A DNA stretch of 64,000 nt. Origin: an uncultured Acidobacteriota bacterium. GTDB lineage: Bacteria; Acidobacteriota; Blastocatellia; RBC074. The notes beneath the pieces are model-generated. The model searched no databases. It was not told where the DNA came from and saw only the letters and a list, made by a program, of their open reading frames with translations. Below are positions 1 through 10,127 of the stretch, piece after piece. The stretch's first letter is position 1. Every line of letters starts with the position of its first letter. The translations under genes were made by a program, and so were the position numbers. The DNA is taken from positions 1,312,001 through 1,376,000 of the forward strand of contig CAWCKY010000006.1 in NCBI GenBank assembly GCA_963796275.1, given 5' to 3'.

Positions 1-1
1 C

Positions 2-85
2 GCCAACCTGACTGCTGTTCCGAGCCTTGATTCAGCTTCCGATATAGCTATCGTTCCTGCGGTTAGTCAGTCTGCTAGTCGGTAA
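2..85 (+). CDS. 3' end of a CDS entering the window; possible paralog of the DUF4394-like gene
   Basis: Frame reads ANLTAVPSLDSASDIAIVPAVSQSASR then TAA TAG. DIAIVP resembles the DIAASIP C-terminus of 784..1749, and a hairpin follows. Confidence 0.4.
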   Translation, partial: ANLTAVPSLDSASDIAIVPAVSQSASR

Positions 86-175
86 TAGCTAGTCGGAAAT
101 AGATAGATAGGTACTTGAATATACTGCTCCCGTGCGTTGATGAAGCAATGCAGCTATCCCCTGCTAGCATTGGTA

Positions 176-216
176 GCGATAGGTAAGCGGAGGCGAGAGA
201 CGTCTCCGCTTATCGC
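176..216 (+). terminator. Stem-loop downstream of the partial CDS, possible terminator
   Basis: AAGCGGAGGCG-agaga-CGTCTCCGCTT stem extended by GCGAT/ATCGC. No clear T-tract. Confidence 0.4.
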
Positions 217-261
217 CACTTGCGACTTCGTCTCTCGTCGGCATAGAGAGTCGAGGACATG

Positions 262-343
262 TTTCAGCACAAAGGGTCAAAGGGTCAAAGAATAGAACCA
301 GAGCATCTTTGGCCCTTTGATCCCTCGACCCTTTGTGTTGAAA
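262..343. repeat. Palindromic element, family A (CACAAAGGGTCAAAG...CCCTTTGTGTTG)
   Basis: Imperfect inverted repeat. A related copy at 1869..1949 shares the internal AACCAGAG. Confidence 0.75.
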
Positions 344-783
344 CCCTTATCTGCTCGGCGCTGCACCGGTTATTTCTATTCCGATTTCACCTTCAAAAAA
401 ACACAAACGCGACTACCAAAAATTTTAGAGCCCATAGTAATAAGACAGAAATTTCGGCAACTTCTGTTCATGAGATTCAAAGTTGTTCTTTAATTCCTGT
501 CCCCGTGCCCCTCAGGAATCTACGTCGATTAAGCTGTAAATTTGAGAATTTATCCAAGATAGATCAATAGTGAGAGACTGACTGTTGGCTCTCATACCTG
601 TTTGATCACCCCATACCCTCACTGGACTACAAAGTTCTACATTTGGCCGAAATTTGTAGCCACTCAAATCAGGCAGCAGACGCTTATCCCCGTTAATAGC
701 GATTTTTTTAACCTGTTCATTCGGTATGAATGGAGATCCTTTTGTCTAAGTTGAAACAAAAAACATAAGGGGAGATATACAAC

Positions 784-1749
784 ATGAAAAGATCAAAAAA
801 GACATTTATCGGAATGGCATTTCTAGGACTAGCTTTGGCGGCTATATCCGCTTTTGTTCTGATGGGTAAATATTCGGTTAGTGCGGCTGCGGCATCGAGT
901 GCAAGCGCCGCAGTGCAAAGCATGAATATGCCGGTCCAAATATTTGCCGCGACTACCGATAACACACTTTATTACCTCCCGCCTGGCGGCAACACCTATT
1001 TCTCTCTCGGGAGGATCAACGGTATCCTGGGCTTCGACGTGATCGGATTGGATTTTCGTCCGGCTGACCGAAAACTTTATGCCCTGACTGATGGTGGGAG
1101 ACTTTACACCGTTAACTTCAATGTCTCTCCACCGACCGCCACCCTGGTGAGCACCTTGACACCTCGTTTCCCGTCGGGCTTCCAATCGCTCATGGACTTC
1201 AATCCGGTCGTCGATGCGATACGTCTCATCGGGAGTAATACTGCGAACTTTGCCGTTGTCAAAGACGCCAACGGCATCCTCAATACAACTGCAGTACAGA
1301 CCTCTCTGACCTATGCGGCAGGAGATGTCAATGCAGGCGTTGTCCCGGTGGTCCCTGCCGGATCGTATACCAATAACCAAGCTGGCGCGACAACCACTAT
1401 CTTTTATGGAATCGACACCCAGCAAGATACTCTCGTGACGATCGCGAATATAGTTAATGGCAGCTCGGCCACAGGCGGAGGTGTACTGAAGACTCTTGGT
1501 CCTCTTGTAGATGTTAATAACAATCGGATTACCTGCAATGATTTGGCCGACATCGATATCGTCACCATGAACGGGACTAATTTCCTGATCGGCGTCAGCC
1601 GCGAGTTAACGTTCCAAATCGATCTTGGCCAGATCGATCCAAATCAGCCACTGGGGACAACGAAGAACGTGGTTGTTCGGGGGTTTGGCTTCCCCACCAG
1701 TCCGACGGCCAGGTCTTCATTTATCGACATTGCCGCTTCAATTCCGTAA
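784..1749 (+). CDS. Secreted DUF4394-like protein
   Basis: Signal-like N-terminus; motifs GLDFRPADRKLYAL, DFNPVVDAIRLI, YTNN, YGID; GGGGAG RBS upstream. Confidence 0.8.
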   Translation: MKRSKKTFIGMAFLGLALAAISAFVLMGKYSVSAAAASSASAAVQSMNMPVQIFAATTDNTLYYLPPGGNTYFSLGRINGILGFDVIGLDFRPADRKLYALTDGGRLYTVNFNVSPPTATLVSTLTPRFPSGFQSLMDFNPVVDAIRLIGSNTANFAVVKDANGILNTTAVQTSLTYAAGDVNAGVVPVVPAGSYTNNQAGATTTIFYGIDTQQDTLVTIANIVNGSSATGGGVLKTLGPLVDVNNNRITCNDLADIDIVTMNGTNFLIGVSRELTFQIDLGQIDPNQPLGTTKNVVVRGFGFPTSPTARSSFIDIAASIP

Positions 1750-1791
1750 CCGGATTGCTTGAAAACAGTTCTAACTTGGTTGGAAATTGGA

Positions 1792-1820
1792 GAAGAGGAA
1801 TGACCATCATTCCTCTTTTC
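1792..1820 (+). terminator. Rho-independent terminator
   Basis: GAAGAGGAATGA-cca-TCATTCCTCTTTTC hairpin with T-run, about 40 bp after the stop codon. Confidence 0.65.
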
Positions 1821-1868
1821 AACTTAGGGACTCCTTCTCTCGCTGGCAGGCGAGAGTAGAAGGCAAGT

Positions 1869-1949
1869 CTCAACACAAAGGGTCGAAGGGTCAAAGTAAA
1901 CAAACCAGAGTCGCTTTGGCCATTTGGCCATTTGGTCCTTTATGTTGAG
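1869..1949. repeat. Palindromic element, family A, copy 2
   Basis: CTCAACACAAAGGGTCGAAGGGTCAAAG...CTTTGGCCATTTGG...CCTTTATGTTGAG. Confidence 0.75.
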
Positions 1950-2185
1950 TCTTTTGTTTACTTTTGACTGCCAAGATGTTTCTTTTTCTCGCCTTCCCTC
2001 CTAAAATATCCCCGGCCACCCGCTAATACCCGTAGGAGTGTCTTTCAAATTCCCACGGTTTTGGCTTCTTAAAACGACGAGTGCATTGAGTCAGTGCCGG
2101 AAGGGAATATCTACTCGGCGCGTAATCTCTGGTCTCACGTAGCCGCACGCATCTTCCGTACACCTCACATCCAAAGGAGTTTCTT

Positions 2186-5100
2186 GTGCGATCCCCTAAA
2201 TACTTCCCACAGTTCGTCATTGGAATGTCGTTATTGACCTGTCTTATTTGCTTCGACCGACATTTTGGCACTTCCTCTCTGGCGCAATCAAGCGACGCCG
2301 AGGCCATTCGCAGTCTGGTCGGGAAACTCTTCGAGTCATATCAGCAGAAAGACCTTAGCAAAATGCTCTCCGTTTGGAGTGAAAAATCTCCTTACCTAGC
2401 CGAGAACAATAAAGCCTTACAGCAGGAATTTGCCACCTATGAAAGAGTTGTCATGAAGCGCTTTTACATTTATCAGATGCAGAGCACTGTCGATAAAGCT
2501 AGGGTGCGAGTTGCGGCTGATTTAGTTCTTACTGAGCCTAATATGGAAAAGCCCATCGAAAAGGCCGAGAAGAAGACTCGGACGATTCACTTGGTGAACG
2601 AGGGCGGGAGGTGGAAGGTATGGAGACTCATTGCCAGGGAGGAAGACCAGGCCGCTGCAATCATAGCAGCGAAAACAGAGGAAGAGCGGAATAACTTGAT
2701 AGGGAAAGATCCTACTCTCATTACTTCCGATTTTGTCTCCTCCCTAGTCAATCTGAATTATTCTTCTGCTGTCTACGGTGATTACCAACGCGCGATCACG
2801 ATCAATCAACTTGCCTATAAACTCGCCGAGCAGATCGGCGATCAATCGGTGATGGCTGAAGCGCTCATAAACGCCGGCTGCATCTATGGTATAACAGGCA
2901 CACCAGAAATATCTCATGAACGGGCGCTGGAATATTTTCGAAAAAGTTTAAAGATCGGAGAAGCATTTGGATATAAAGAGATAATTGCCGTGTCACTGAT
3001 TCGCGCCGCAATTATATATATGAATATAGGCAAGCATTCACAAGCTGCGGAATATTATCGGAAGTGTCTCAGACTGTTTGAAGAATTGGGAGATTACGAG
3101 ATGACGTTTGCGGCGACGACTAACCTGGCAAATATCTATCTTTCAAATGGCAATTATGCCAACGCTCTGGAACTGCAGTTGAAATGCCTGAAGATGTCCG
3201 AAGGGAGGCTTCAGTCCGGTGCAGATTGGGCGAGACTATCGGCAGCGTCGGGAAATATTGGCATGACTTTCTTCTCCCAGGGTAACAATGAGCAGGCATT
3301 GGCTTATATCCAGAACGGAATTGGAGCTGCGGAAAAGGGAATTATGTTAGGAGATGTCTTCTCTAAGTTGTACAGGGTTAATTTACTGGTAAACATGGGG
3401 TATACCTATGGCGCCAAGGGTAGTTATTCTCTAGCGCGGAATTATTTTCAGAAGGGCTTAGATATCATAGAGGGATTTGACTCGGTAGCAGGAGGACTTA
3501 AAGAGAGTCGCATATACGAACTCACATTTTTAATGGGAGAAGTTATGGCTGCAGAAAATGAGATACCTCAGGCAATCGCCAAGTATCAGGAGGTACTCCG
3601 GCTGGCAGAAAAATCTAGAGATGGATCAAGGATGGCGCTCCCCTCTTCAAGGCTCAGTAATATCTATCTCTTGCAGAGGGATTATCGTGAAGCATTAAGC
3701 TTTGGACAACAAGCGGTCAATGCTGCCGAACAAGTGGGGCAAAAGTACAATCTCTCTAGTGCTCTGGTATCAACTGCTAAAGCATATCAGAAGCTCGGCC
3801 GTCCGGAAGAGGCTCGTCAGGCATTGACCAGGGCCATCGATATTGCCGAACAATTACGAGAGCAGTTCGCTGGCGGCGAACTCGACCGCCAACGCTCTTT
3901 TGAAACCGTAGTGACTCCATACCAGACGATGATCGATTTCCAGATCGATCAAAAACGATTCACCGAAGCTTTCTCATACACTCAACAGGCAAAATGTCGT
4001 ACCCTCCTCGAACTCTTGCAAAACGGCCGGGTTAACATTGGAAAATCGATTTCCCCAGCAGAGCGTGAACAAGAGCAACAACTGAGCCGCAAGATCGGGT
4101 CTCTTAACCGTCAAATTACCGATGAGAAGATGAAATCTCAACCTAACAAAAAACGGGTCGCGGAGGTGGAGGAGCAGTTGAAAAAAGCCCGTCTAGAGTT
4201 TGAGGCTTTTCAGACCGCTTTGTATGTCGCCCATCCTGAGCTCAAAGTGCAGCGCGGCCAGATTCAACCGCGGTCCTTTGAGGATGCGATCGACCTCATT
4301 CCCGATTTCAAGACTGCCTTGTTGGATTTCATCGTCACAGACGAAAATGTCCACCTCTTCGTCCTGACTAAAGATGCTCCCAGTCAACAGACCTTGAACA
4401 CTTATACCATCAGCATCGAACGCAAATCGCTGACTGAGAAAGTCGAGCGCTACCGTGGCCGTATGGCAAACAGGGATTACGACTTCCAGAAGCTCTCCCA
4501 CGAGCTGTATGACTTGCTGATAAAACCGGCACAGAAGCAACTGAAGAACAAAACCAATCTCATCATCTCTCCCGATGGCATGCTTTGGGAATTGCCCTTC
4601 CAGACCTTGCTATCTCCGGAACTCCACTACTTGATTGAAGACGCCGCGATCTCATATGCACCATCTCTCTCCGTGCTGAGAGAGATGCAACTCGTCCGCG
4701 AGAAGCAGCAGGCGCCAGCGAAGGCGTCCTTACTGGCGCTGGGCGACCCGGCGCTGGGACAACGGAGTAAGGAATTGGTCAAGTTTGTGAAGATGGATGC
4801 TGAGCTGCTGCCATTGCCCGAGGCGGCGGATCAAGTCAGAGTGTTGGGCCGCTTATACGGCCCGACGTTCAGTAAGGTTTACACAGGTCCTGCAGCTAAA
4901 GAAGACGTGGTCAAAGAGCAATCGGCCAGCTATCGCATTCTGCACCTCGCCACCCACGGCATCCTTAACGACGCCAGTCCGATGTACTCGCACGTTATGT
5001 TGTCTCAGACACCGGGAAAAAGTGATGAGGATGGATTGCTGGAAGCCTGGGAGATGATGAATCTCGATCTGAATGCCGACCTGGTGGTACTTGCCGCCTG

Positions 5101-5395
5101 CGAGACGGGGAGGGGGAGAGCCAGAGCGGGGGAGGGAGTGATCGGGATGAGTTGGGCGTTATTCGTCGCCGGATGTCCGAGGACGGTGGTCAGTCAATGG
5201 AAAGTGGAGGCCTCGAGCACGACTGCCCTGATGGTAGAGTTCCACAAGAGGTTCAAGACGAGATACGGCGGGCGGCAACCGGCGGTCTCCACTGCGGAGG
5301 CGATGAGGCGGGCGGCATTGAAGGTGATGAAAAATCCGGAATATGCGCACCCATTCTACTGGGGCGGATTCGTCGTGGTCGGCGACGGAAACTAA
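2186..5395 (+). CDS. Signal peptide + NTF2-like domain + TPR array + CHAT (caspase-like) protease
   Basis: TPR repeats such as AAEYYRKCL and ALAYIQNGI. CHAT motifs ISPDGMLWELPFQ, HLATHG (His), VLAACETG (Cys) and HPFYWGGFVVVG. Confidence 0.9.
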   Translation: MRSPKYFPQFVIGMSLLTCLICFDRHFGTSSLAQSSDAEAIRSLVGKLFESYQQKDLSKMLSVWSEKSPYLAENNKALQQEFATYERVVMKRFYIYQMQSTVDKARVRVAADLVLTEPNMEKPIEKAEKKTRTIHLVNEGGRWKVWRLIAREEDQAAAIIAAKTEEERNNLIGKDPTLITSDFVSSLVNLNYSSAVYGDYQRAITINQLAYKLAEQIGDQSVMAEALINAGCIYGITGTPEISHERALEYFRKSLKIGEAFGYKEIIAVSLIRAAIIYMNIGKHSQAAEYYRKCLRLFEELGDYEMTFAATTNLANIYLSNGNYANALELQLKCLKMSEGRLQSGADWARLSAASGNIGMTFFSQGNNEQALAYIQNGIGAAEKGIMLGDVFSKLYRVNLLVNMGYTYGAKGSYSLARNYFQKGLDIIEGFDSVAGGLKESRIYELTFLMGEVMAAENEIPQAIAKYQEVLRLAEKSRDGSRMALPSSRLSNIYLLQRDYREALSFGQQAVNAAEQVGQKYNLSSALVSTAKAYQKLGRPEEARQALTRAIDIAEQLREQFAGGELDRQRSFETVVTPYQTMIDFQIDQKRFTEAFSYTQQAKCRTLLELLQNGRVNIGKSISPAEREQEQQLSRKIGSLNRQITDEKMKSQPNKKRVAEVEEQLKKARLEFEAFQTALYVAHPELKVQRGQIQPRSFEDAIDLIPDFKTALLDFIVTDENVHLFVLTKDAPSQQTLNTYTISIERKSLTEKVERYRGRMANRDYDFQKLSHELYDLLIKPAQKQLKNKTNLIISPDGMLWELPFQTLLSPELHYLIEDAAISYAPSLSVLREMQLVREKQQAPAKASLLALGDPALGQRSKELVKFVKMDAELLPLPEAADQVRVLGRLYGPTFSKVYTGPAAKEDVVKEQSASYRILHLATHGILNDASPMYSHVMLSQTPGKSDEDGLLEAWEMMNLDLNADLVVLAACETGRGRARAGEGVIGMSWALFVAGCPRTVVSQWKVEASSTTALMVEFHKRFKTRYGGRQPAVSTAEAMRRAALKVMKNPEYAHPFYWGGFVVVGDGN

Positions 5396-5553
5396 AATGG
5401 GTTGGCGCAAAGCGCGAAGAATCTCGATTCAAAGAGAACAAAGCCCGAGTCGCGGGTTATTAAAATCACGGGGGCATGGGGAAAATGTGGGATTGCTCTT
5501 TTGTTTCATATATCTTTCCTCACTCTCACGCTATTCATTCGAAAGGAAAACAC

Positions 5554-6444
5554 ATGAAGAAACTCAGCCTCAGTCTATTTGCGATCCTGTTTTGCAACTT
5601 TTTCACAGGCAATGTCCTTGCTCAGTCTGACAAAGTCTCGCTTCTCATCGCTCCCAGACCGAATCAGACGAGCCGGAATACGATGACCCAGGAGATGGTG
5701 ATGGAGATCACCTTTGATGGCGAAGTCCCCGAGCCATTGGCGGCTATGAAGACAATGAAGATCGAGATGAAATCGGTGCTGGGAATGGTTCAGAAAATTG
5801 GCCCCGTGGACAAGGACGGGCGGATCGAGGCGGAGATCACTTTCGATCAGGCGAGTTCGGAAATGACAATGGGTGGCAACTCGCTTCCCCTCGATGGCAT
5901 GGATAAGTTTATCGGCAAGAAATCCAAAATAATATATGACAGCAAGGGCGAGGCAATAGATTTCATCATACCCGACGATGTGAGCATCCCACGCGAGTCA
6001 TTAAAAAAGATGATGCAATCGATATATGGGAATTGGCCAAAGGAGCCCATGAGCATTGGTGAGACCGCAATATTACCTCTGAATATGGATTTCCCGATTC
6101 CATTGCCAGGCGCTCCCCCGATCAAATTCGATGGTCAGGTGAAAACAAAACTGGTCGCGCTGGATAACGCTGCCGAAGGGCGGATCGCCAAACTCGATCA
6201 AACAACCGAAGCGAAGATAATCAATACGATGAATCTCGACTCGCCCTCCGGAAAATTAGCGATGAATATTGACCTCAAAATGAGCGGTGGCGGTATATCT
6301 CAAATCATCGTCGACAAAGGTTTGGTGAAGGCGTCGGAGATGAAGCTGACTATTGATGGGAAGATCGGCATTACCACGGATTCTCAAATACCTGACATGT
6401 TGGTGAAAGGAACGATTAAGATCACAGTTACTGGCACGAATTAG
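5554..6444 (+). CDS. Secreted beta-rich hypothetical protein
   Basis: Likely start MKKLSLSLF after an AAGGAA RBS; signal peptide ending VLA-Q. The ORF track starts at 5476. Confidence 0.7.
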   Translation: MKKLSLSLFAILFCNFFTGNVLAQSDKVSLLIAPRPNQTSRNTMTQEMVMEITFDGEVPEPLAAMKTMKIEMKSVLGMVQKIGPVDKDGRIEAEITFDQASSEMTMGGNSLPLDGMDKFIGKKSKIIYDSKGEAIDFIIPDDVSIPRESLKKMMQSIYGNWPKEPMSIGETAILPLNMDFPIPLPGAPPIKFDGQVKTKLVALDNAAEGRIAKLDQTTEAKIINTMNLDSPSGKLAMNIDLKMSGGGISQIIVDKGLVKASEMKLTIDGKIGITTDSQIPDMLVKGTIKITVTGTN

Positions 6445-6652
6445 CCTAAAACCAATTGCAGAGCATACTGCAGCCGCTTTTGCTTATTAGCGAGCCAGAG
6501 AACATGTGGCGTCGATCCTTTCTCGCTAAGCCTTTCATATTTGCCCGGGATGGTTTATAGAAGAGGCGAGTTTTGGCAGATATAAACTGAAACTGCTCAA
6601 TACCGTCATTCAAATTTCCAGACGAACTATCAAATCCGAAAGGAAGGACACG

Positions 6653-7606
6653 ATGAACCGTAGGGATTTTATCGTCACGGGTCTTGCCTCCGGCGCTTCG
6701 ACGCTGGCCGCATCGAATGCATTGGCGGGGAACGCGAAGTTCGCCGATCCGATCAACGCCGAACCAGTCCGCAAATTCAAGCTCAACTACGCGCCGCACT
6801 TCGGCATGTTCAAGCTGCACACGGGCGACGATCTCGTCGCTCAACTGAAGTTCTTTCACGATCAGGGCTTCACTGCGATCGAAGACAACGGTCTGCCCGG
6901 TCGTCCCGTCGTCGATCAGGAGAAGATCGGCAAGACGCTCGCTGACTTGAAGATGACGATGGGCGTCTTCGTGGCCAACAAGGATTTCGACAAACCGACA
7001 TTCGCCATCGCCACCTGGAAGCCGGAGGTGCGCGAGCCGATCCTCAAGGATATCCGCGACGCGGTCGAGATCGCCAAACGCGTCAACGCCAAATGGTGCA
7101 CAGTCGTGCCAGGTTGCCACGACGAGCGATTGGATTGGGAGTATCAAACAGCCAGTGTGATCGATATGTTCCGCCGCTGCGCCGAGATTTGCGAGAAGGC
7201 GGGGCTGGTGATGGTGATGGAGCCGCTCAACAATCGCCGCGATCACCCGAAGCTATTTCTGACCAGGATCGGCCAGGGTTATCAGATATGCCGCGCTGTC
7301 AACAGCCCGTCGGTCAAAATCCTTTATGACATGTACCACCAGCAGATTACCGAGGGGAACATCATTCCTAACATCGATCTGGCCTGGGAAGAGACCGCTT
7401 ACTTCCAGGCTGGAGATCATCCCGGTCGCAAGGAGCCGACGACGGGCGAGATGAATTACCGCAACATCTTTAAGCACATCTACAGTAAAGGTTTTAAGGG
7501 TGTGGTCGGAATGGAGCACGGCGTCCAGAACAATAAGACTAAAGAAGGCGAGATGGCTTGTATTCAAGCTTATGTCTCGAGCGATAACTTCGAGAACAAC
7601 AGTTGA
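6653..7606 (+). CDS. Tat-exported hydroxypyruvate isomerase-like TIM-barrel protein
   Basis: RRDF Tat motif; MEPLN, YDMYHQQITEG, DHPGRKEPTTGEMNY and GMEH motifs. Confidence 0.85.
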   Translation: MNRRDFIVTGLASGASTLAASNALAGNAKFADPINAEPVRKFKLNYAPHFGMFKLHTGDDLVAQLKFFHDQGFTAIEDNGLPGRPVVDQEKIGKTLADLKMTMGVFVANKDFDKPTFAIATWKPEVREPILKDIRDAVEIAKRVNAKWCTVVPGCHDERLDWEYQTASVIDMFRRCAEICEKAGLVMVMEPLNNRRDHPKLFLTRIGQGYQICRAVNSPSVKILYDMYHQQITEGNIIPNIDLAWEETAYFQAGDHPGRKEPTTGEMNYRNIFKHIYSKGFKGVVGMEHGVQNNKTKEGEMACIQAYVSSDNFENNS

Positions 7607-7622
7607 AAGTTTTTCGAATTAC

Positions 7623-8039
7623 GTTTGGAGTTCCGCCTTCAGGCGGTCAGAAACATAGATTCGGAAAGGGAAGACCGCGTAAACGCGGAACTCCAAACGC
7701 GGAACTCCAAGCACCCAATCGCAAACGCGATGTTTGGAGTTCCGCCTTCAGGCGGTCAGAAACATAGATTCGGAAAGGAAAGACCGCGTAAACGCGGAAC
7801 TCCAAACGCGGAACTCCACGCACCCAATCGCAAACGCGATGTTTGGAGTTCCGCCTTCAGACGGTCAGAAACATAGATTCGGAAAGGGAAGACCCCGTAA
7901 ACGCGGAACTCCAAACGCGGAACTCCAAGCACCCAATCGCAAACGCGATGTTTGGAGTTCCGCCTTCAGGCGATCAGAAACATAGATTCGGAAAGGGAAG
8001 ACCGCGTAAACGCGGAACTCCAAACGCGGAACTCCAAAC
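7623..8039. repeat. BIME-like tandem array: about 3.8 x 109-bp units of inverted REP pairs
   Basis: Units start at 7623, 7732, 7841 and 7950. Each reads GTTTGGAGTTCCGCCTTCAGGCGGTC...GACCGCGTAAACGCGGAACTCCAAAC with near-identical linkers. The array lies between convergent genes. Confidence 0.92.
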
Positions 8040-8047
8040 AAGAAACG

Positions 8048-8533
8048 TTATGGGCCCTGGGGCCCATTGTTTTTCCAATCGCTCATTAATGCGGTACACG
8101 CTGTTTTAACAGCACTGCCAAGACTTCGCGCGGATCCGCTCTCCACTGCATCACCATCCTTATTGAAGATTGCGAATTTATTGTCTTTTTCCCAGACCTG
8201 TTTCCCTCCTTCATGGTCGAAGGTGAGAGTGTAATCCGCGCGGTCCTTCTTGTTTGTAATCGTGAAGGCGGGGCAATTTTTTTTAAACGTTTTGATGAGC
8301 TCCGCGGTTTGCCCGCGAGCCCCTCCGCGCACACCGCCTCCGCCGGTTCCGTCGGCTGTACCAGCAGAGCCGCTCACCTCCCAAGACGTACTTGTTTCAA
8401 TATATAGTCGAGGTTTAGGCGAATCTTCTTGAGCGGCAGAGGACCCGAGAACTACGCCCGTAATTGCTAAAATCAAAATCGTGATGCTTAAAATCAGAAT
8501 CGTGATGCTTATTTTGAATATGTGATGACGCAT
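8048..8533 (-). CDS. Small secreted hypothetical protein
   Basis: Hydrophobic signal region containing a 7-aa duplication, then a Gly-rich segment and two Cys. Likely ATG at 8533; the track starts at 8569. Confidence 0.7.
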   Translation of the reverse strand: MRHHIFKISITILILSITILILAITGVVLGSSAAQEDSPKPRLYIETSTSWEVSGSAGTADGTGGGGVRGGARGQTAELIKTFKKNCPAFTITNKKDRADYTLTFDHEGGKQVWEKDNKFAIFNKDGDAVESGSARSLGSAVKTACTALMSDWKNNGPQGP

Positions 8534-9189
8534 AATTTCTCTTTTAGTCATACGATTGTTAGGCGGCAACGATCGCGAAGATAATTAATTTTATTCGCGA
8601 GCCCCCTCAGAAATCAGCTTCGGTAAGGTAAGTCAGAAAATCGAGTCATTAGTAGGAATAGGAGAGCATCCTTGATTCATCAATTACCCCCTTGACTTAC
8701 CGCACATAAGCAAATGCTCTCCTACTCCGATATTGATAATAAACATATCTGGTATCAGCTTCCTGACCTGCCCTGACAGCTAATACAACGGTTTTCAGAT
8801 AAATAAGCAAATGGTCGCTACGGCCGGAGCCAATTGCGGTCGTACAGATTCGCTGTTCAACTAAATTTTCGCTCCAAAGCGCCCCGCAATTCTTCAAAGA
8901 TATACATTCGTCCGAAACCCCTAGTAACTAAAAAGTTTCTGCCCATTTTCTTTCAATGCATGCGCTGTCAGGATCCTGTCAGAAGCGGATGGAACAGGGG
9001 TCTACTGTAATAATAAGTTTGCAACTACGGACGCCAGGAATGAGACCAGGACTGAATTAATAAGTCAGCTTCAGTTTATAAATATACGGAGGCAACACAC
9101 TGTGGATGCCTGAGGTATAAAATATTTTGTTTACTTTTCACTATTTTGTCTCGCCTTTCTTTGATGAGGCCTGATTTTTATAGTTTTGC

Positions 9190-10110
9190 TTGGATTATTA
9201 TTTAATGGTTATGCGAGGCCAGAGAAAATCGACATCCCCCACAAGCGACCTGCATGTTGGATATACTCCAGTAATATCCCTGCCGGAACTATCGAATTAC
9301 TTCAAGATCAAACATCTATGGGTAAAAGATGAAAGCGTGAACCCCTTTGGTACGCATAAAGACCGCAAGTCAATGACCGTTGTCCGTAAGGCAATGAGGT
9401 TGGCCGCAGCGATGCGGCCGGAGGCATTCTGCATTCTTACTGCGGGCAATGCCGGGTTGTCGCTGGCCAGGTTTGCCTCGGCGTCCTCTATTCCGGTCAT
9501 TGCATTTATCAGCGAAGGCGGTATATCGCCGATCCAGAAGACCGAGCTGGAATTCGCATGTGAGAGAGTCGTCTGCCTGGATTTGAACGGGCACGAATGG
9601 AATTCGCGAGAGTTATGTGACATTGCGGAGGCGACCCTCGGCCGGCGCGTCCTCGATGTGACAAACGGCGTTATCGATCCTTATTCCGACATCGTAAGGG
9701 AAATATGCCTGCTAAATCCGGAACGCCAGCCCGATGTAATAGTTATGCCTGTAGGTTGCGGCGAGCTCTTTCTTGGTGTCGTGCGTGGTTTGAAAAGGCA
9801 CGGCCTCAGAGCGCGACTGGTCGGGGTAACGACTCGGGAACAGTCCATCGCCGACAAACTCTATGCCAGATGGAGACCGCACGGTAATCACGTCACCGAA
9901 CTGACCCTTAACGGCTCACCTCATCACCTATTAAATCTGAACGATGAATCATTATTACTCGATACTTACAACTGGCTCAGTCACACTAATCTCGTTAAAT
10001 GCGAGCCATCGAGCGCGGCGGCGTTTACAGCCTTATTTAATATCAAATCCCAAATAAAACCCGACGAAAAGGTGATGGTGATCAACACAGGCACTTTTTC
10101 TTTAAATTAA
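9190..10110 (+). CDS. Divergent PLP-dependent fold-type-II enzyme (threonine/cysteine synthase superfamily)
   Basis: GYTPV, KDESVNPFGTHKDR (PLP Lys), TAGNAGLSLA, PVGCGELFLG, CEPSSAAA and VINTG motifs. Confidence 0.85.
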   Translation: MDYYLMVMRGQRKSTSPTSDLHVGYTPVISLPELSNYFKIKHLWVKDESVNPFGTHKDRKSMTVVRKAMRLAAAMRPEAFCILTAGNAGLSLARFASASSIPVIAFISEGGISPIQKTELEFACERVVCLDLNGHEWNSRELCDIAEATLGRRVLDVTNGVIDPYSDIVREICLLNPERQPDVIVMPVGCGELFLGVVRGLKRHGLRARLVGVTTREQSIADKLYARWRPHGNHVTELTLNGSPHHLLNLNDESLLLDTYNWLSHTNLVKCEPSSAAAFTALFNIKSQIKPDEKVMVINTGTFSLN

Positions 10111-10127
10111 CGTATCCGTAACTCCGG

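Noticed and set aside
259-570. 103-aa ORF
   Set aside because: Begins inside a palindromic repeat and has no protein-like features.
7623-8039. CRISPR array
   Set aside because: The sequences between repeats are near-identical rather than unique spacers, the repeats alternate in orientation, and there are no cas genes.
7625-8109. Three repeated 83-88 aa ORFs (MEFRLQAVRN...)
   Set aside because: Artefacts of translating the 109-bp repeat; no RBS, and they overlap one another.
8570-9189. Leader or precursor peptide, or riboswitch, upstream of the PLP operon
   Set aside because: Only very short ORFs without convincing features, and no riboswitch consensus recognisable by eye. An Rfam scan would be needed to exclude one.
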